Below, piece by piece: positions 11,026 through 22,083 of a stretch of DNA of 64,000 nucleotides. Origin of the DNA: an uncultured Chthonomonadaceae bacterium (GTDB lineage: Bacteria > Armatimonadota > Chthonomonadetes > Chthonomonadales > Chthonomonadaceae); assembly GCA_963817895.1 (NCBI GenBank), contig CAWFQB010000003.1, positions 288,001 to 352,000 of the forward strand, written 5' to 3'. The notes under the pieces are model-generated. The model was not told the DNA's origin. It was given only the letters and a program-made list of their open reading frames with translations, and ran no database searches. The position numbers and the translations under genes were made by a program. Positions within the stretch are counted from its first letter, which is position 1, and each line of letters opens with the position of its first letter.

Positions 11026-11560
11026 ACCTTCAGGATTGTTATGGCTCAGGCAGGCAGAATCAGACTACGCTTGCGCAGAAACCTTGCGCTTGCAGGCAGA
11101 CTCAACTCTCCGGTGCCACATCATTGCCAAACAGCAACAGACGCTTGAAAAGTCTATCAAAGGTCTGGTTGTAGCCGTTGCGGATGCCGAGGTCACAGTA
11201 ATCAAAATTCGGTTCAATCATGATGTCGAACCTTATGTCAATGCTCTGCTGAAACTACCGCATCCGCGCCAGCACCGCATATTACAGGATCGCTTGCGTA
11301 CTCTTTTTTCGGAGTACCATCGCGGCGAAATCGCGGCGTTGCTCACATTTGCGCCTCATCAACCTGCGCCCGGTCAGCGTTTCGGACGCAATACAGAGTA
11401 TCCGTTTCAGACAGCAGACGGCAACTGGACGGTTCCCGCAGAGGAGGGCGTATTCAGCGCGGTAGACGTGGAGCGTTTCGACCGTATTGCCTTTCGTATC
11501 CTGGACGGCTCTCGTCGTATCGTGACAGCGTTCAACCTTGTCGCCCCGCAACTCAAGTAA
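11018..11560 (+). CDS. HEPN-domain protein
   Basis: WLRQAESDYACA, QQTLEKSIKGL, HDV and NTEYP motifs; probable GTG start at 11018. Confidence 0.7.
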   Translation: MDRPSGLLWLRQAESDYACAETLRLQADSTLRCHIIAKQQQTLEKSIKGLVVAVADAEVTVIKIRFNHDVEPYVNALLKLPHPRQHRILQDRLRTLFSEYHRGEIAALLTFAPHQPAPGQRFGRNTEYPFQTADGNWTVPAEEGVFSAVDVERFDRIAFRILDGSRRIVTAFNLVAPQLK

Positions 11561-11674
11561 TAAAGACGCCAGATGGAGTAAATGAGTCAACCTGTACGTT
11601 GTCTGTGGTGGAGAGAGATGATTGTACATATGATGTGCGGGTAGTAGGAAAGCATTGGCGCGAAGGAGCGAGTT

Positions 11675-13033
11675 TTGAAGCATCAGTGGCTGTATTTAAG
11701 CAAGGTTGATATACAAACGGAACGCCTGCAATGCGAGCAGGAGGGGCGCGACCTGTCGAGCGTGGAAGACGAGTTCTCCCGCGTTCTGAGTCTGGATTTG
11801 GAAGACGAGGCCAATCAGCCTGCCGCTGAAGCCCTGCTGGATAAGACCATTACGCAGCCTATCAAAGCGGATTTCAAGTACGATGAGCCGTCTGATCTGG
11901 AAGGTATTCGCGCTTTGCGGACAGCCGATAAAGTGAAACTGCCCGCGATGAAGTTGACTGACGCGCAACTCGAAGACAAGGTTTATGGCGCGTGGACGGG
12001 GCGTTGTGTCGGGTGTCTGCTCGGCAAGCCGGTAGAGGGCTGGAAACGGCCTAAACTGTATGGCTATCTGAAAGATTTGAAACGCTGGCCGCTTTCGGAC
12101 TTCTTCCGGCTGGATGTCGCTACGCCCGAAGTGAAGGAAAAGTACAAGCTGGAAAGCGGCTGGGCGGTCAAGTTCTTCGCGGATAAAGTGGAGTACATGC
12201 CGGAAGACGACGATACCAACTATACCACGACAGGCCTTGCCATTCTGCAAAAGTACGGACCGGACTTTACGCCCACCGATGTGGGACGCTTCTGGCTGGA
12301 CAACATTCCTCTGCTGAATACCTGTACGGCCGAGCGCGTGGCGTGGCGCAATATGGACAAAGGAATTCTGCCGCCCGCAAGCGCGACATTCCGCAATCCG
12401 TACCGGGAGTGGATCGGGGCGCAGATACGCGCCGATTTTTGGGGCTACGCGGCTGCGGGCAATCCCGAACTGGCGGCGGAGTTCGCGTGGCGCGACGCAA
12501 GCGTGTCGCACGTCAAAAATGGTATTTACGGCGAGATGTGGGTGGCGGCAATGACGGCTGCCGCGTTTGTCACGGACGATATACAAACCATCATTTACGC
12601 GGGACTGGCGCAAATTCCGTCCCATTGCCGACTCCACAGCGCGATTGAAGACATTTTGGAGTGGCACGAGGTAGAGGTGGATTATGATACCGCCATCTAT
12701 CGCATTCACGAACTGTGGGACGAGAACCGCGCTCACGATTGGTGTCACACCATTTCCAACGCCATGATCGTCGCCGCCGGACTGTTGTGGGGCGAAGAGG
12801 ATTACGCGAAAACCATTTGCAAATCGGTGCAGGCGTGTTTCGATACGGACTGCAACGGCGCGACAACGGGTTCCATTTTAGGAATTCTGCGCGGACGCAA
12901 GGCTTTACCCGCTAAATGGGTAGACACCATTCACGATACATTATATACGGGCGTTGCGGGTTACAACATCGTCAAATTAGCTGATATTGCCCGTGACAGC
13001 CTTGCCGTAATTGAGAAAGTAGCCGCGAAGTAG
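11675..13033 (+). CDS. ADP-ribosylglycohydrolase family protein
   Basis: VYGAWTGRCVGCLLGKPVEG, EDDDTNYT, IGAQIRAD, DTDCNGATTGS. Confidence 0.88.
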   Translation: MKHQWLYLSKVDIQTERLQCEQEGRDLSSVEDEFSRVLSLDLEDEANQPAAEALLDKTITQPIKADFKYDEPSDLEGIRALRTADKVKLPAMKLTDAQLEDKVYGAWTGRCVGCLLGKPVEGWKRPKLYGYLKDLKRWPLSDFFRLDVATPEVKEKYKLESGWAVKFFADKVEYMPEDDDTNYTTTGLAILQKYGPDFTPTDVGRFWLDNIPLLNTCTAERVAWRNMDKGILPPASATFRNPYREWIGAQIRADFWGYAAAGNPELAAEFAWRDASVSHVKNGIYGEMWVAAMTAAAFVTDDIQTIIYAGLAQIPSHCRLHSAIEDILEWHEVEVDYDTAIYRIHELWDENRAHDWCHTISNAMIVAAGLLWGEEDYAKTICKSVQACFDTDCNGATTGSILGILRGRKALPAKWVDTIHDTLYTGVAGYNIVKLADIARDSLAVIEKVAAK

Positions 13034-13036
13034 CTC

Positions 13037-13056
13037 TTTGTGCATAATTGCACAAA
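13037..13056. promoter_or_regulatory. Palindromic Rex-like operator upstream of nuoG
   Basis: TTTGTGCA-TAAT-TGCACAAA with perfectly matching arms; a TACAAT -10-like box follows at 13074. Confidence 0.6.
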
Positions 13057-13132
13057 TACCGGGCGGAACAGGGTACAATAGGGGAGTTCTGCTCCAGCAA
13101 TCTTTTCCCATCACGAAATAAGGGACACCGCT

Positions 13133-15446
13133 ATGTCGGAAAACAGGCTGACCATGACGGACGCCTCGCTCAATTCTGCGTCCAGCGACCTGGTTAAAAT
13201 CAAAATCAACGGTATTGAAGTTCAGGTGCCGAAAAACGAAAACATCATCGAGTCGGCCAAGCGCGTCGGCATAGATATACCCTACTTTTGCTACCATCCC
13301 CGTTTGGGCAAGGGCGACGCGGCGAACTGCCGCATGTGCCTTGTGGACGTGGCGACTACCAGCGCCCGATGGCAGCGTCCGCAAAATGCCCAAGCCCCAG
13401 ACCGCCTGCACAATGGGCGTGACGGACGGCATGGTGATCGAAACCGAAACCCCGCAACTGGTGAAAGACCGGCGCGGCGTGTTGGAGTTTCTGCTCATCA
13501 ACCATCCGCTCGATTGCCCCATTTGTGACCGGGGCGGCGAGTGTCCGCTGCAAAACAACACCATTTTCTACGGCCCCTCCACCACGCGCTACATCGAAGA
13601 AAAACGCCACTTTCCCAAAGCCTATCCGCTTTCGGATTATGTCGTCTTCGACCGCGAACGCTGTATCCACTGCGCCCGCTGCACCCGCTTTACCGAAGAC
13701 ATCAGCGGCAACTCGCAACTGGGATTTTTGAAGCGCGGCGCGGATATGGAAGTCGGCACGTTCGCGCACACGGCGTACAAAAGCAAATTCAGCGGCAACG
13801 TGATCGAACTCTGTCCGGTTGGCGCGCTGCTGTCGCGCACGTATCGCTTCAAGGCGCGTCCGTGGGACTTGAACTCGCAGCGCAGCGTCTGTTCCCGCTG
13901 TTCCAACGGCTGCAACATCAAGATTGATTACCGATTAGATCAACTTCAGCGCGTCAATGCCCGCCTGAACGAAGCCGTCAATGAAGAATGGACGTGCGAC
14001 AGGGGCAAGTTCGGACACGATTACGTGTCCTCTGCCGCCCGGATACAATCCCCATTGCTGAAAGACGCGGACGGGCAGTTCCATCCGATTGACTGGACGA
14101 CGGCGTATGCTCTGCTCACGAGCAAACTGAGGGACGCGAACGGCAGCGTGGGCGGCATCGGCGGCGCGCGGCTGACCAATGAAGACTGCTACGCTTTTCA
14201 GAAGCTGTTCCGCGAAACGCTTGGCACGAATAATCTGGACTCGCGTATCAGTCGGTATCAGGGCGCGACAAACGCCCCTCTGTATGACCGCTTCGGATTT
14301 CATGGCATGGGCAACAGCATCGAAGATCTGGAAACAATGAAATCCATTCTGGTGCTGGGTTCCGATCTGGCCGACGAACAGCCGATTCTGTTCCTGCGCA
14401 TCCGTAAAGCGTGGCGGTTTAAGGGCGCGTCCGTTGTCAACGCGGTCACGCATGTGGAAAACGACACGGTTCAGGTGGGCGACTTTGCTGAAGCGGAACT
14501 GGTGTACAGGCCCGGAACCGAAATCGCGTTGCTCAATGGCCTGCTCAACGTGCTTTATGCCGAAAACCTGCTGCCGGAAAGCGCGGCAGGTTTGAACAGC
14601 CTGAAAACCAGTGTGAACGAGTGGACTCCCGAACGAACCGCGCAGGAAACCGGTCTGACAGCAGGCCAGATTTCTGCCGCCGCGCGTTTGCTGGCAAAAG
14701 GGCCAATGGCGATACTGGCGGGCAAAGCCGTGCTGAACCATCCGCAGTACGCCGATGTTGCCGCCGCGCTTGGCAACCTGCTTGTGGCGACCGGCAACCC
14801 GACCACAAACCTGAATGTTCCCGGTTTGGAGTGCAACACGCAGGGCGCGATGGACATGGGAGTTCTGCCGGACAAACTGCCCGGTTACGCCAATGCCGCC
14901 AATCTCGGCCTGAACACACATCAAATGCTGGAAGCCGCAGCGAACGGACAACTGCAAGTGCTGTGGATCGCGGGCGCGGATGTAATGCAGCATTACCACG
15001 ATCCCGGTTTGGCGCAGCGGGCGTTGCAAACGGCGTTTACCGTCGTCAGCGAATTGCAACTGACGGAAACGGCGGAACTTGCCGACTTGATTTTGCCTGC
15101 CGCCAGCGTAGCGGAAAAAGACGGCACGTATACCAATTGCGAACGGCGCGTTCAGCGCATCTACAAAGCGTTCGAGATCAGCCCCAACATCAAGCCCGAC
15201 TGGCTGATTTTCACGGAAGTCGCCACACAGACGGCAGGCGGCACTCCCTACTTCTCCGCCCGCGATATTCTGCGCGACATTGCCGCCAATGTTCCCATCT
15301 ACAGCGGCATCACGCCGAAGAGTTTGGGCGAGGGCGGCGTTCGCTGGCATTACGCGGAAGGCGCGGCAAAGCCCTATACAGCGTCTCCCGTCACCTATAA
15401 AGCGCCGACAGAAACGCGAACCACCGTTGGGGCCACAGCGTACTAA
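13133..15446 (+). CDS. nuoG: NADH-quinone oxidoreductase subunit G (frameshift near 13345)
   Basis: IPYFCYH, CRMCLV, NHPLDCPICDRGGECPLQ, RCIHCARCTRF, CSRCSNGC...CDRGKFG (extra N7-type cluster motif). Confidence 0.96.
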
Positions 15447-15476
15447 ACAGCTTATCAAAGGACTGTTGAAAACAGT

Positions 15477-16748
15477 ATGAGCTATCTGGAACAGATTATC
15501 AATTATCGCGCGGTTCTGCCGGAAGTCTGGCACGGCGTGTATCTGCCGGGGTTGGTTCCGTACATCGCCATGTTGGGCATGGTGGGATTCATCCTGACAA
15601 TTCTGCCCGGTCTTATCTGGATCGAGCGCGTCGTGATTGCGCTGATGCAGGATCGCCCCGGCCCCAACCGCGTCGGGCCGCGCGGCCTGCTGCAATCCAC
15701 CGCCGATGTCGTGAAGCTGTTCTTCAAGGAAGATTTTCAGCCCAAAAGCGTGGATAAGACCCTGTACTATCTCGCGCCATTTATGACAATGGTGATTGCG
15801 CTGTCGGCGGGCGCGGTGCTGCCCTCCGGTTTTATATTCTTCCAAAACGCGGCGGGAGTGACATACCCGGTTGCCATCTCGGTCGGTGATGTCAACATCG
15901 GCCTGCTGTACATTCTCGCCATGTCGTCGCTTGGCGTATACGGGCTTGTTCTGGCGGGGTGGGCGTCCAACAACAAGTATTCTTTGCTCGGTGGTCTGCG
16001 GGCTTCCGCGCAGTTGATCAGTTACGAGCTTTCTATGGGCATGTCGCTGCTGTGCGTGATTGTTCTCGCGGGTTCGGTAAAACTCAGCGACGTGGTGATC
16101 GCGCAATCCGGCCCGCCCTTCGGCATCAAAGGACTGCCTGCCATACTGAATGGCAGTATCTTCTCATGGTACTGGCTGCAAAGTCTGATCGTGCCGGTAA
16201 TCATCTACACGATTTCGATGATCGCGGAAACCAACCGCGCGCCGTTCGACCTTCCCGAAGCCGAATCGGAACTGATTGCGGGTTTCCATACCGAATACTC
16301 GTCCATGAAGTTCGCCACGTTCTTTGCCGCCGAGTACATCAACATGCTTGTGGTATCCGGCCTGAACGCGGCAATGTTCTGGGGCGGGCCGCTGCCGCCG
16401 CTCAACATCTGGCCGCTCAATGTGGTTCCCGGCTTCATCTGGTTCGTTACCAAGATTATGATGGGCATCTTCCTGTATACATGGCTGCGGGCGACCATGC
16501 CCCGCCTGCGCTACGACGCCCTGATGAATCTGGGCTGGAAGCGTCTGTTGCCCATCGGCCTTGTCTGGCTGTTTTTGCTGTGCGCCTACAGTCTGGTACG
16601 CGACACGATTGCCGACCAGCCCAATTCGCCCATCATGCGAACCACGCGGGGCGTTCCTGCCGACTTGCGGAAGCCGGGAGAAACTCCGACGGTTCAGCCC
16701 AACTCGGACACGGAAACCGGTTTCGGCAACACGACAACCACGCCTTAG
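15477..16748 (+). CDS. nuoH: NADH-quinone oxidoreductase subunit H
   Basis: QDRPGPNRVGP, GWASNNKYSLLGGLR, AETNRAPFDLPEAESEL, RATMPRLRYD. Confidence 0.97.
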   Translation: MSYLEQIINYRAVLPEVWHGVYLPGLVPYIAMLGMVGFILTILPGLIWIERVVIALMQDRPGPNRVGPRGLLQSTADVVKLFFKEDFQPKSVDKTLYYLAPFMTMVIALSAGAVLPSGFIFFQNAAGVTYPVAISVGDVNIGLLYILAMSSLGVYGLVLAGWASNNKYSLLGGLRASAQLISYELSMGMSLLCVIVLAGSVKLSDVVIAQSGPPFGIKGLPAILNGSIFSWYWLQSLIVPVIIYTISMIAETNRAPFDLPEAESELIAGFHTEYSSMKFATFFAAEYINMLVVSGLNAAMFWGGPLPPLNIWPLNVVPGFIWFVTKIMMGIFLYTWLRATMPRLRYDALMNLGWKRLLPIGLVWLFLLCAYSLVRDTIADQPNSPIMRTTRGVPADLRKPGETPTVQPNSDTETGFGNTTTTP

Positions 16749-16799
16749 AGTTCACAGACGTTTTATACGTCGGGTACTCAGCGTTGAAGAGTATATCCT

Positions 16800-17345
16800 A
16801 TGCTTTCTGATATTGGTGCGCTGTTCTCTCCTGGCGGCTTGCTGTTTCTGATTCTGGCTGTGCTGTCTGTCGCCGCCGCGATTATGATGGTGGTCAGCGA
16901 CAACCCGGTTCGCAGCGCGCTGTATCTGGTGATGACGTTTATCTGCGTGGCGGTCTTCTACATCACGCTTTCCGCGCAGTTTATCGCCGCCGTGCAGATT
17001 ATCGTGTACGCCGGGGCCATCATGGTGCTGTTTCTGTTCGTCATCATGCTGCTCAATCTCGGCGCGCCGCAAGCCCTGCGCGAAAGTGGAACGCTGCAAA
17101 CACCGGTTGCCACCGGATTAGGGATTGCTTTTATCGTTGCCCTGCTGTTCTCAGGATCGCTGGTAAATTTGCCCGCGCAAACTCCGCAAGCGGCTGCCGC
17201 CACCGCCAATCTAGGAACCGTGCAGAACGTGGGCGCGTACCTGTACAATCCCGCGCAGCCCTGGCTGTTCCCGTTTGAAGCAACGTCCATTCTGCTGCTG
17301 ATCGCCATCGTCGGCGCGATTATCATGGCAAAACGAAAGGTTTAG
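16800..17345 (+). CDS. nuoJ: NADH-quinone oxidoreductase subunit J
   Basis: NPVRSALYL, QIIVYAGAIMVLFLFVIMLL, PFEATSILLL. Confidence 0.95.
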   Translation: MLSDIGALFSPGGLLFLILAVLSVAAAIMMVVSDNPVRSALYLVMTFICVAVFYITLSAQFIAAVQIIVYAGAIMVLFLFVIMLLNLGAPQALRESGTLQTPVATGLGIAFIVALLFSGSLVNLPAQTPQAAAATANLGTVQNVGAYLYNPAQPWLFPFEATSILLLIAIVGAIIMAKRKV

Positions 17346-17354
17346 GAGCGCGTC

Positions 17355-17655
17355 ATGGTTCCGACCTCCTATTATCTGGTATTATCCGCCATTCTGTTCA
17401 CATCGGCGTGATCGGCGTACTGGTCAAGCGCAACCCGATTGTGATTTTCATGTGCATCGAACTGATGCTCAACGCGGCCAACTGTCTTTTATCGCGCTTG
17501 GCCGCCACTTCGGGCAGGTCAACGGGCAGATGTACGTGATCTTCGCGCTTGCCGTCGCCGCCGCAGAGGTTTCGGTCGGACTTGGCATCATCATCGCCAT
17601 TTTCCGCTCCAAAGAGACCATCAACATTGACGAAGTGAATTTGATGAAGTTTTGA
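17355..17655 (+). CDS. nuoK: NADH-quinone oxidoreductase subunit K (apparent frameshifts)
   Basis: RNPIVIFMCIELMLNAAN, AVAAAEVSVGLGIII. Confidence 0.92.
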
Positions 17656-17656
17656 G

Positions 17657-17767
17657 GAGATACGAGATACGAGATACGAAATACGAGTTTGTACATGCAA
17701 TGTATGTCGCAGTGTAATCATTAAGCAGGCATTTTACTCGTATCTTGTATCTCGTATCTCGTATCTC
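17657..17767. repeat. Heptamer tandem-repeat inverted pair (GAGATAC/GTATCTC) between nuoK and nuoL
   Basis: GAGATACGAGATACGAGATACGAAATACGAG ... CTCGTATCTTGTATCTCGTATCTCGTATCTC. Confidence 0.88.
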
Positions 17768-17780
17768 AACGGAGTGTCTG

Positions 17781-20084
17781 ATGCAATCTTGGGCATCGTT
17801 GATTTTATGGCTGCCGCTGCTGGGGTTTCTGTTCAACGCCTTTTCCGGGTTTTTTATCAAGGATAAGGCGCGGCAGAAATACCTTGTGTCGTGTGTTGGG
17901 CCGGGCGTGGTGCTGGGGGCGTTTGTCATTGCATTGCTTGTGCTGATGCAAAATGGCAGCGCGCCGGATCACCGCATGATTGTGCCGCTGATACCCGGCA
18001 CGTCCGCGGATACGCCCTGGATACGCATCGGCAGTTTTCAGGTGAATTTCGCCCTGCTGCTCGATCCGCTCTCCATGCTGATGGCGTTGATCGTCACGGG
18101 CGTTGGCGGCCTGATCCATATCTACGCGACCGGCTACATGGCGGAAGACCCCGAACAGCCCCGCTTCTTTACCTATTTCAACCTGTTCATCTTCATGATG
18201 CTGCTGCTTGTGATGGGCGAGAACTTCCTGCTGATGTTTGTGGGTTGGGAAGGCGTCGGAAGCTGTTCGTATCTGCTGATCAGTTTCTGGTACACGGATG
18301 TCAACAACGCCAAAGCGGGCAACAAAGCCTTTATCGTGAACCGCGTGGGCGACCTGGGTTTCGCGCTCGGCATCATGGCGGTCTGGAGCGTGTTCGGAAC
18401 GCTTTCGTTTTACAACGGAACGGGAACCGGCTGTATGGATCTGGCAAAGCAGGGTGTGGACGTGCTGCATCATCCGCTCAGCTCAGTTGCAGCCAATTCA
18501 CTTCCCGTTGCTCGGAACATTGTCGTTTGTTACCGTGATGTGTATGCTGCTGTTCGTCGGCGCGGTAGGCAAGTCGGCGCAGATTCCGCTGTGGGTGTGG
18601 CTGCCGGACGCGATGGCCGGCCCGACTCCCGTTTCCGCGCTGGTCCATGCCGCCACAATGGTAACAGCCGGCGTCGTGATGCTGTCGCGCTGCTCGTATC
18701 TGTTCGTGCAGTCCTCGCAGGCGTTGCAGCTTGTCGGCTGGATCGGATTGGCGACCGCCTTTGTCGGCGCGACGGTCGGCCTGGTGCAGACCGACATCAA
18801 GCGCGTTCTGGCCTTTTCGACCGTTTCGCAGTTGGGCTATATGTTCCTCGCCTGCGGCGTCGGCAACTTCACGGCTGCCATGTTCCACATCACCACCCAC
18901 GCGTTCTTCAAAGCCCTGCTGTTCCTCGGTTCCGGCGCGGTGATCCACTCCATGCATGGGCGAGCAGGACATGCGCAAAATGGGCGGCCTGAAAACGCTG
19001 ATACCCAACACCTGCTGGTCATGTTCATCGGCACGTATGCCATTGCGGGCTTTCCGCTGCTTTCGGGTTTCTGGAGCAAGGACGAGATTCTCGACAGCGC
19101 GGCGCGATCGCCCTGGCAGTCCGGCATTTTTGGCGGCGCGACCGGGCCGATCCTGTACTTCGTCGGGCTGGCAACCGCCTTTATGACGGCCTTCTACATG
19201 AACCGCCTGATGTGGAAGACGTTCTACACCGAACCGCGTTTCGTGGACGGCAAACTGGTCGCGCACCACCACAGCAATTTTTCGGACGACGAACACGGAC
19301 ACGACGCGCATGGACACGCGGACACGCACGATGTTCACAACAACCCGCGAAGGCGAACAGACCGGGCATGAGGAGGCGGGACACGCTGCCAACACCGCTC
19401 ATGCGGTAGATGCCGGACACGGGCATGGACACGGAGAGGGCACGGGTTCCGTTCACAAGTCGCCGCCCTCCATGATGTGGCCGCTGTACATTCTGGCGGT
19501 TCCGTCCCTGCTGTTCGGTATCATGGTTGGCCCGACGCATATCTTCGAGAATTTCCTGGAGCCGTCCGTCTGGTCGTATGCACGAACCCGGCACATTGAC
19601 AATGTTGCAGCAGGGCGAAGAACCGGGCCTGCTTCATGCAATTCCTTACGCGGCTATATCATCTCCAGTCTCGTTGCCATTGCCGGACTGTACCTCGCCT
19701 TCAGCTATTTACAAAGCAGCGGACGCGAACCGGCGAATGGTTCCCCGAAGCCACCAAAGAGAGGCTGGCTGCGCAATCCGCGCCACTCCGACCGCGTTTC
19801 TGTACGATACCTTTGTCGCCAAGTGGGGCTTCGATACCGCCTACAACTGCCGTCTTCATCAAAGTGCGGCGGCTGGTTCGCCGAGAACGTTTTGTGGAAA
19901 ATCGTAGATAAGGGCATCATTGACAACATCGTCAACGGCTTTGCGGGACTTGTCGGCGTGTTCAGTCAAGGGTACACGGCGACTGCAAACCGGCTATGTC
20001 CGCAACTACGCGCTTGCCATGCTGTTCGGAGTGGTAGTGATCGTGTTCGGACTGGCCTACACATTTTTCAAACTGCCCCATTAA
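17781..20084 (+). CDS. nuoL: NADH-quinone oxidoreductase subunit L (several apparent frameshifts; His-rich loop)
   Basis: GWEGVGSCSYLLI, KAFIVNRVGD, GKSAQIPL..WLPDAMAGPTPVSAL.HAATMV, THAFFKALLFL. Confidence 0.96.
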
Positions 20085-20093
20085 GAGATACTT

Positions 20094-21871
20094 ATGCCGC
20101 AAAATTCGATACCCAACATATTGAGTCTGCTGACGTTCCTGCCGCTCATCGGCGCGATTGATCGTGATGTTTCTGCCGCGCCCCGCCGATCTGCCGGAGC
20201 ATCATGGCGGCCATGGCGACGAGGCGCATGGCGAACCGGAACTGGACGCGCCTGTTCTGCTGCAACGGACCGACATCGGGCGTATGCTCGTCAACAGCGT
20301 GTCCCTGTTCTTTACGGTTGTCACGTTCCTGCTTGCCATTGTGCTGTTCGGCGCGTTCCAGATTCACCCCGACGCGGCGAACGGCATGACGCGGCGCGGC
20401 GCGGAACATGCAGTTTCTTGAGGATTATCGCTGGATCGCCATCGGCCGCAGTTACGTGCATTATAAAATGGGCGTGGACGGCATCAGCCTGCTGCTCGTG
20501 CTGCTGACCGCCTTTTTGATGGTGCTGTGCGTCCTGTTTTCCACGCAGATCAAGACCCGCCTCAAAGAGTTCATGGTGTTTTTGCTGCTGCTGGAAACGG
20601 CGATGATCGGCGTGTTCTGCGCGCTCGATCTTGTCCTGTTCTACGTCTTCTTCGAGGCCATGCTGATCCCGATGTACTTCCTCATCGGCATCTTCGGGCA
20701 CGAAAACCGCATCTACGCCGCCGTCAAGTTCTTCATCTACACGTTCGCGGGCAGCGTGTTCATGCTGATCGCGATTGTGGCCGTGTACAGCTACACCGGC
20801 ACGTTCGACATACTCGCGCTTTCCGACCACACGCAGGGCGCGGGCATGATTCTGAACCGCGTTCCGCCGCAGGCGCTGATGCTGATGTTCGCCGCGTTCG
20901 CGGTCGCCTTCATGATCAAAGTGCCGATGTTCCCGTTCCATACCTGGCTGCCGGACGCGCACGTGGAAGCGCCGACAGCGGGCAGCGTGATTCTGGCGGG
21001 CGTGATGCTGAAAATGGGCACGTATGGCTTTATGCGATTGTGCCTGCCCCTGTTCCCGCAGCAGGCGCAGGACGCGGCCCCCCTCTTCATCATGCTCTCC
21101 ATTGTGGGCATCATCTACGCTTCCATCGTCGCCGCGGTACAGCCGGACGCCAAGAAACTGGTCGCGTACTCGTCCGTCGCGCACCTGGGGTTTGTCGTGC
21201 TGGGTATCTTCACGTTTACCCGCGTCGGCATGATGGGCGCACTGGTGCAGAACATCAATCACGGCATCTCCACGCCCATGCTGTTCTTCATCGTCGGCAT
21301 GATGTACGAGCGGCGGCACACGCGGGCGATCAGCGAATACGGCGGCCTGAAAAAGTACGTGCCGATGCTGGCGACGATGCTGCTGATCGCCACCCTGTCC
21401 AGCATCGCCGTGCCGTTCTTCAACGGGTTTGTCGGCGAGTTCCCCGTTCTGCTCGGAACATGGATGTCGCAGACCGCGTTCAATGTCGGCGGGTACTGGC
21501 CTGCGGCGCTGGCCGCAACCGGCATGATCTGGTCGGCGGTCTATATGCTCTGGTGGTATCAGCGGCTGATGCTCGGCCCGGTCACGAAAAACGTCAACAG
21601 GCATCTGCCCGACCTGACGCCGATTGAATGGGGCGTATTGGTTCCGCTTGCCGTCGTTATATTCTGGTTCGGCCTGTTCAGCAATTTCTGGACACAGCGC
21701 ATGGATGATACGGTTGAAACGCTGCTGCCCGCGCAAGCGGGATCGCGCCAGTTGTCCGAAGTTCTCAATGAAAACACGCCCGTAACGCAGGTAATCACTG
21801 AAGCGCGGCAAGGCGTAAACGGCGGTCTTCGCCCCCGCCCATTGCGAACTATTCGCACCTGCTGGTACTGA
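20094..21871 (+). CDS. nuoM: NADH-quinone oxidoreductase subunit M (apparent frameshifts near N-terminus)
   Basis: GVDGIS, KVPMFPFHTWLPDAHVEAPTAGSVILAG, AYSSVAH. Confidence 0.96.
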
Positions 21872-21953
21872 GGGGCATATGGAAACTGCCCCGGTTGTTC
21901 CGCCCGCGCCGTAACGGTGTTCTAAATGCTATGACCGTTCAAATCAAGCGTTC

Positions 21954-22058
21954 GTAGGGACACAACTTGTTGTGTCCTCCTCGTGTTGTGTCCTCCTCCG
22001 GTGGAGGAGAGTTCAGCCGCAACTGTGCCAATGCGGACACAACAAGTTGTGTCCCTAC
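21954..22058. repeat. REP doublet (REPIN-like) GTAGGGACACAACTTGTTGTGTCC / GGACACAACAAGTTGTGTCCCTAC
   Basis: 24-nt perfectly inverted arms, each internally palindromic and starting GTAG; second copy at 40917-41003. Confidence 0.85.
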
Positions 22059-22083
22059 AAGGTTCTTTTAGAGGTTTTAACTT

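Noticed and set aside
13935..16106. 723-aa minus-strand ORF (similarly 20321-21811 and 11696-12748)
   Set aside because: Antisense shadows of nuoG/H, nuoM and the ARH gene, caused by GC-rich codon bias; no recognisable motifs.
21954..22058. Possible CRISPR array from the repeated ACACAAC/GTTGTGT units
   Set aside because: The repeats are inverted doublets without regular unique spacers and no cas genes are present; they are REP-like.
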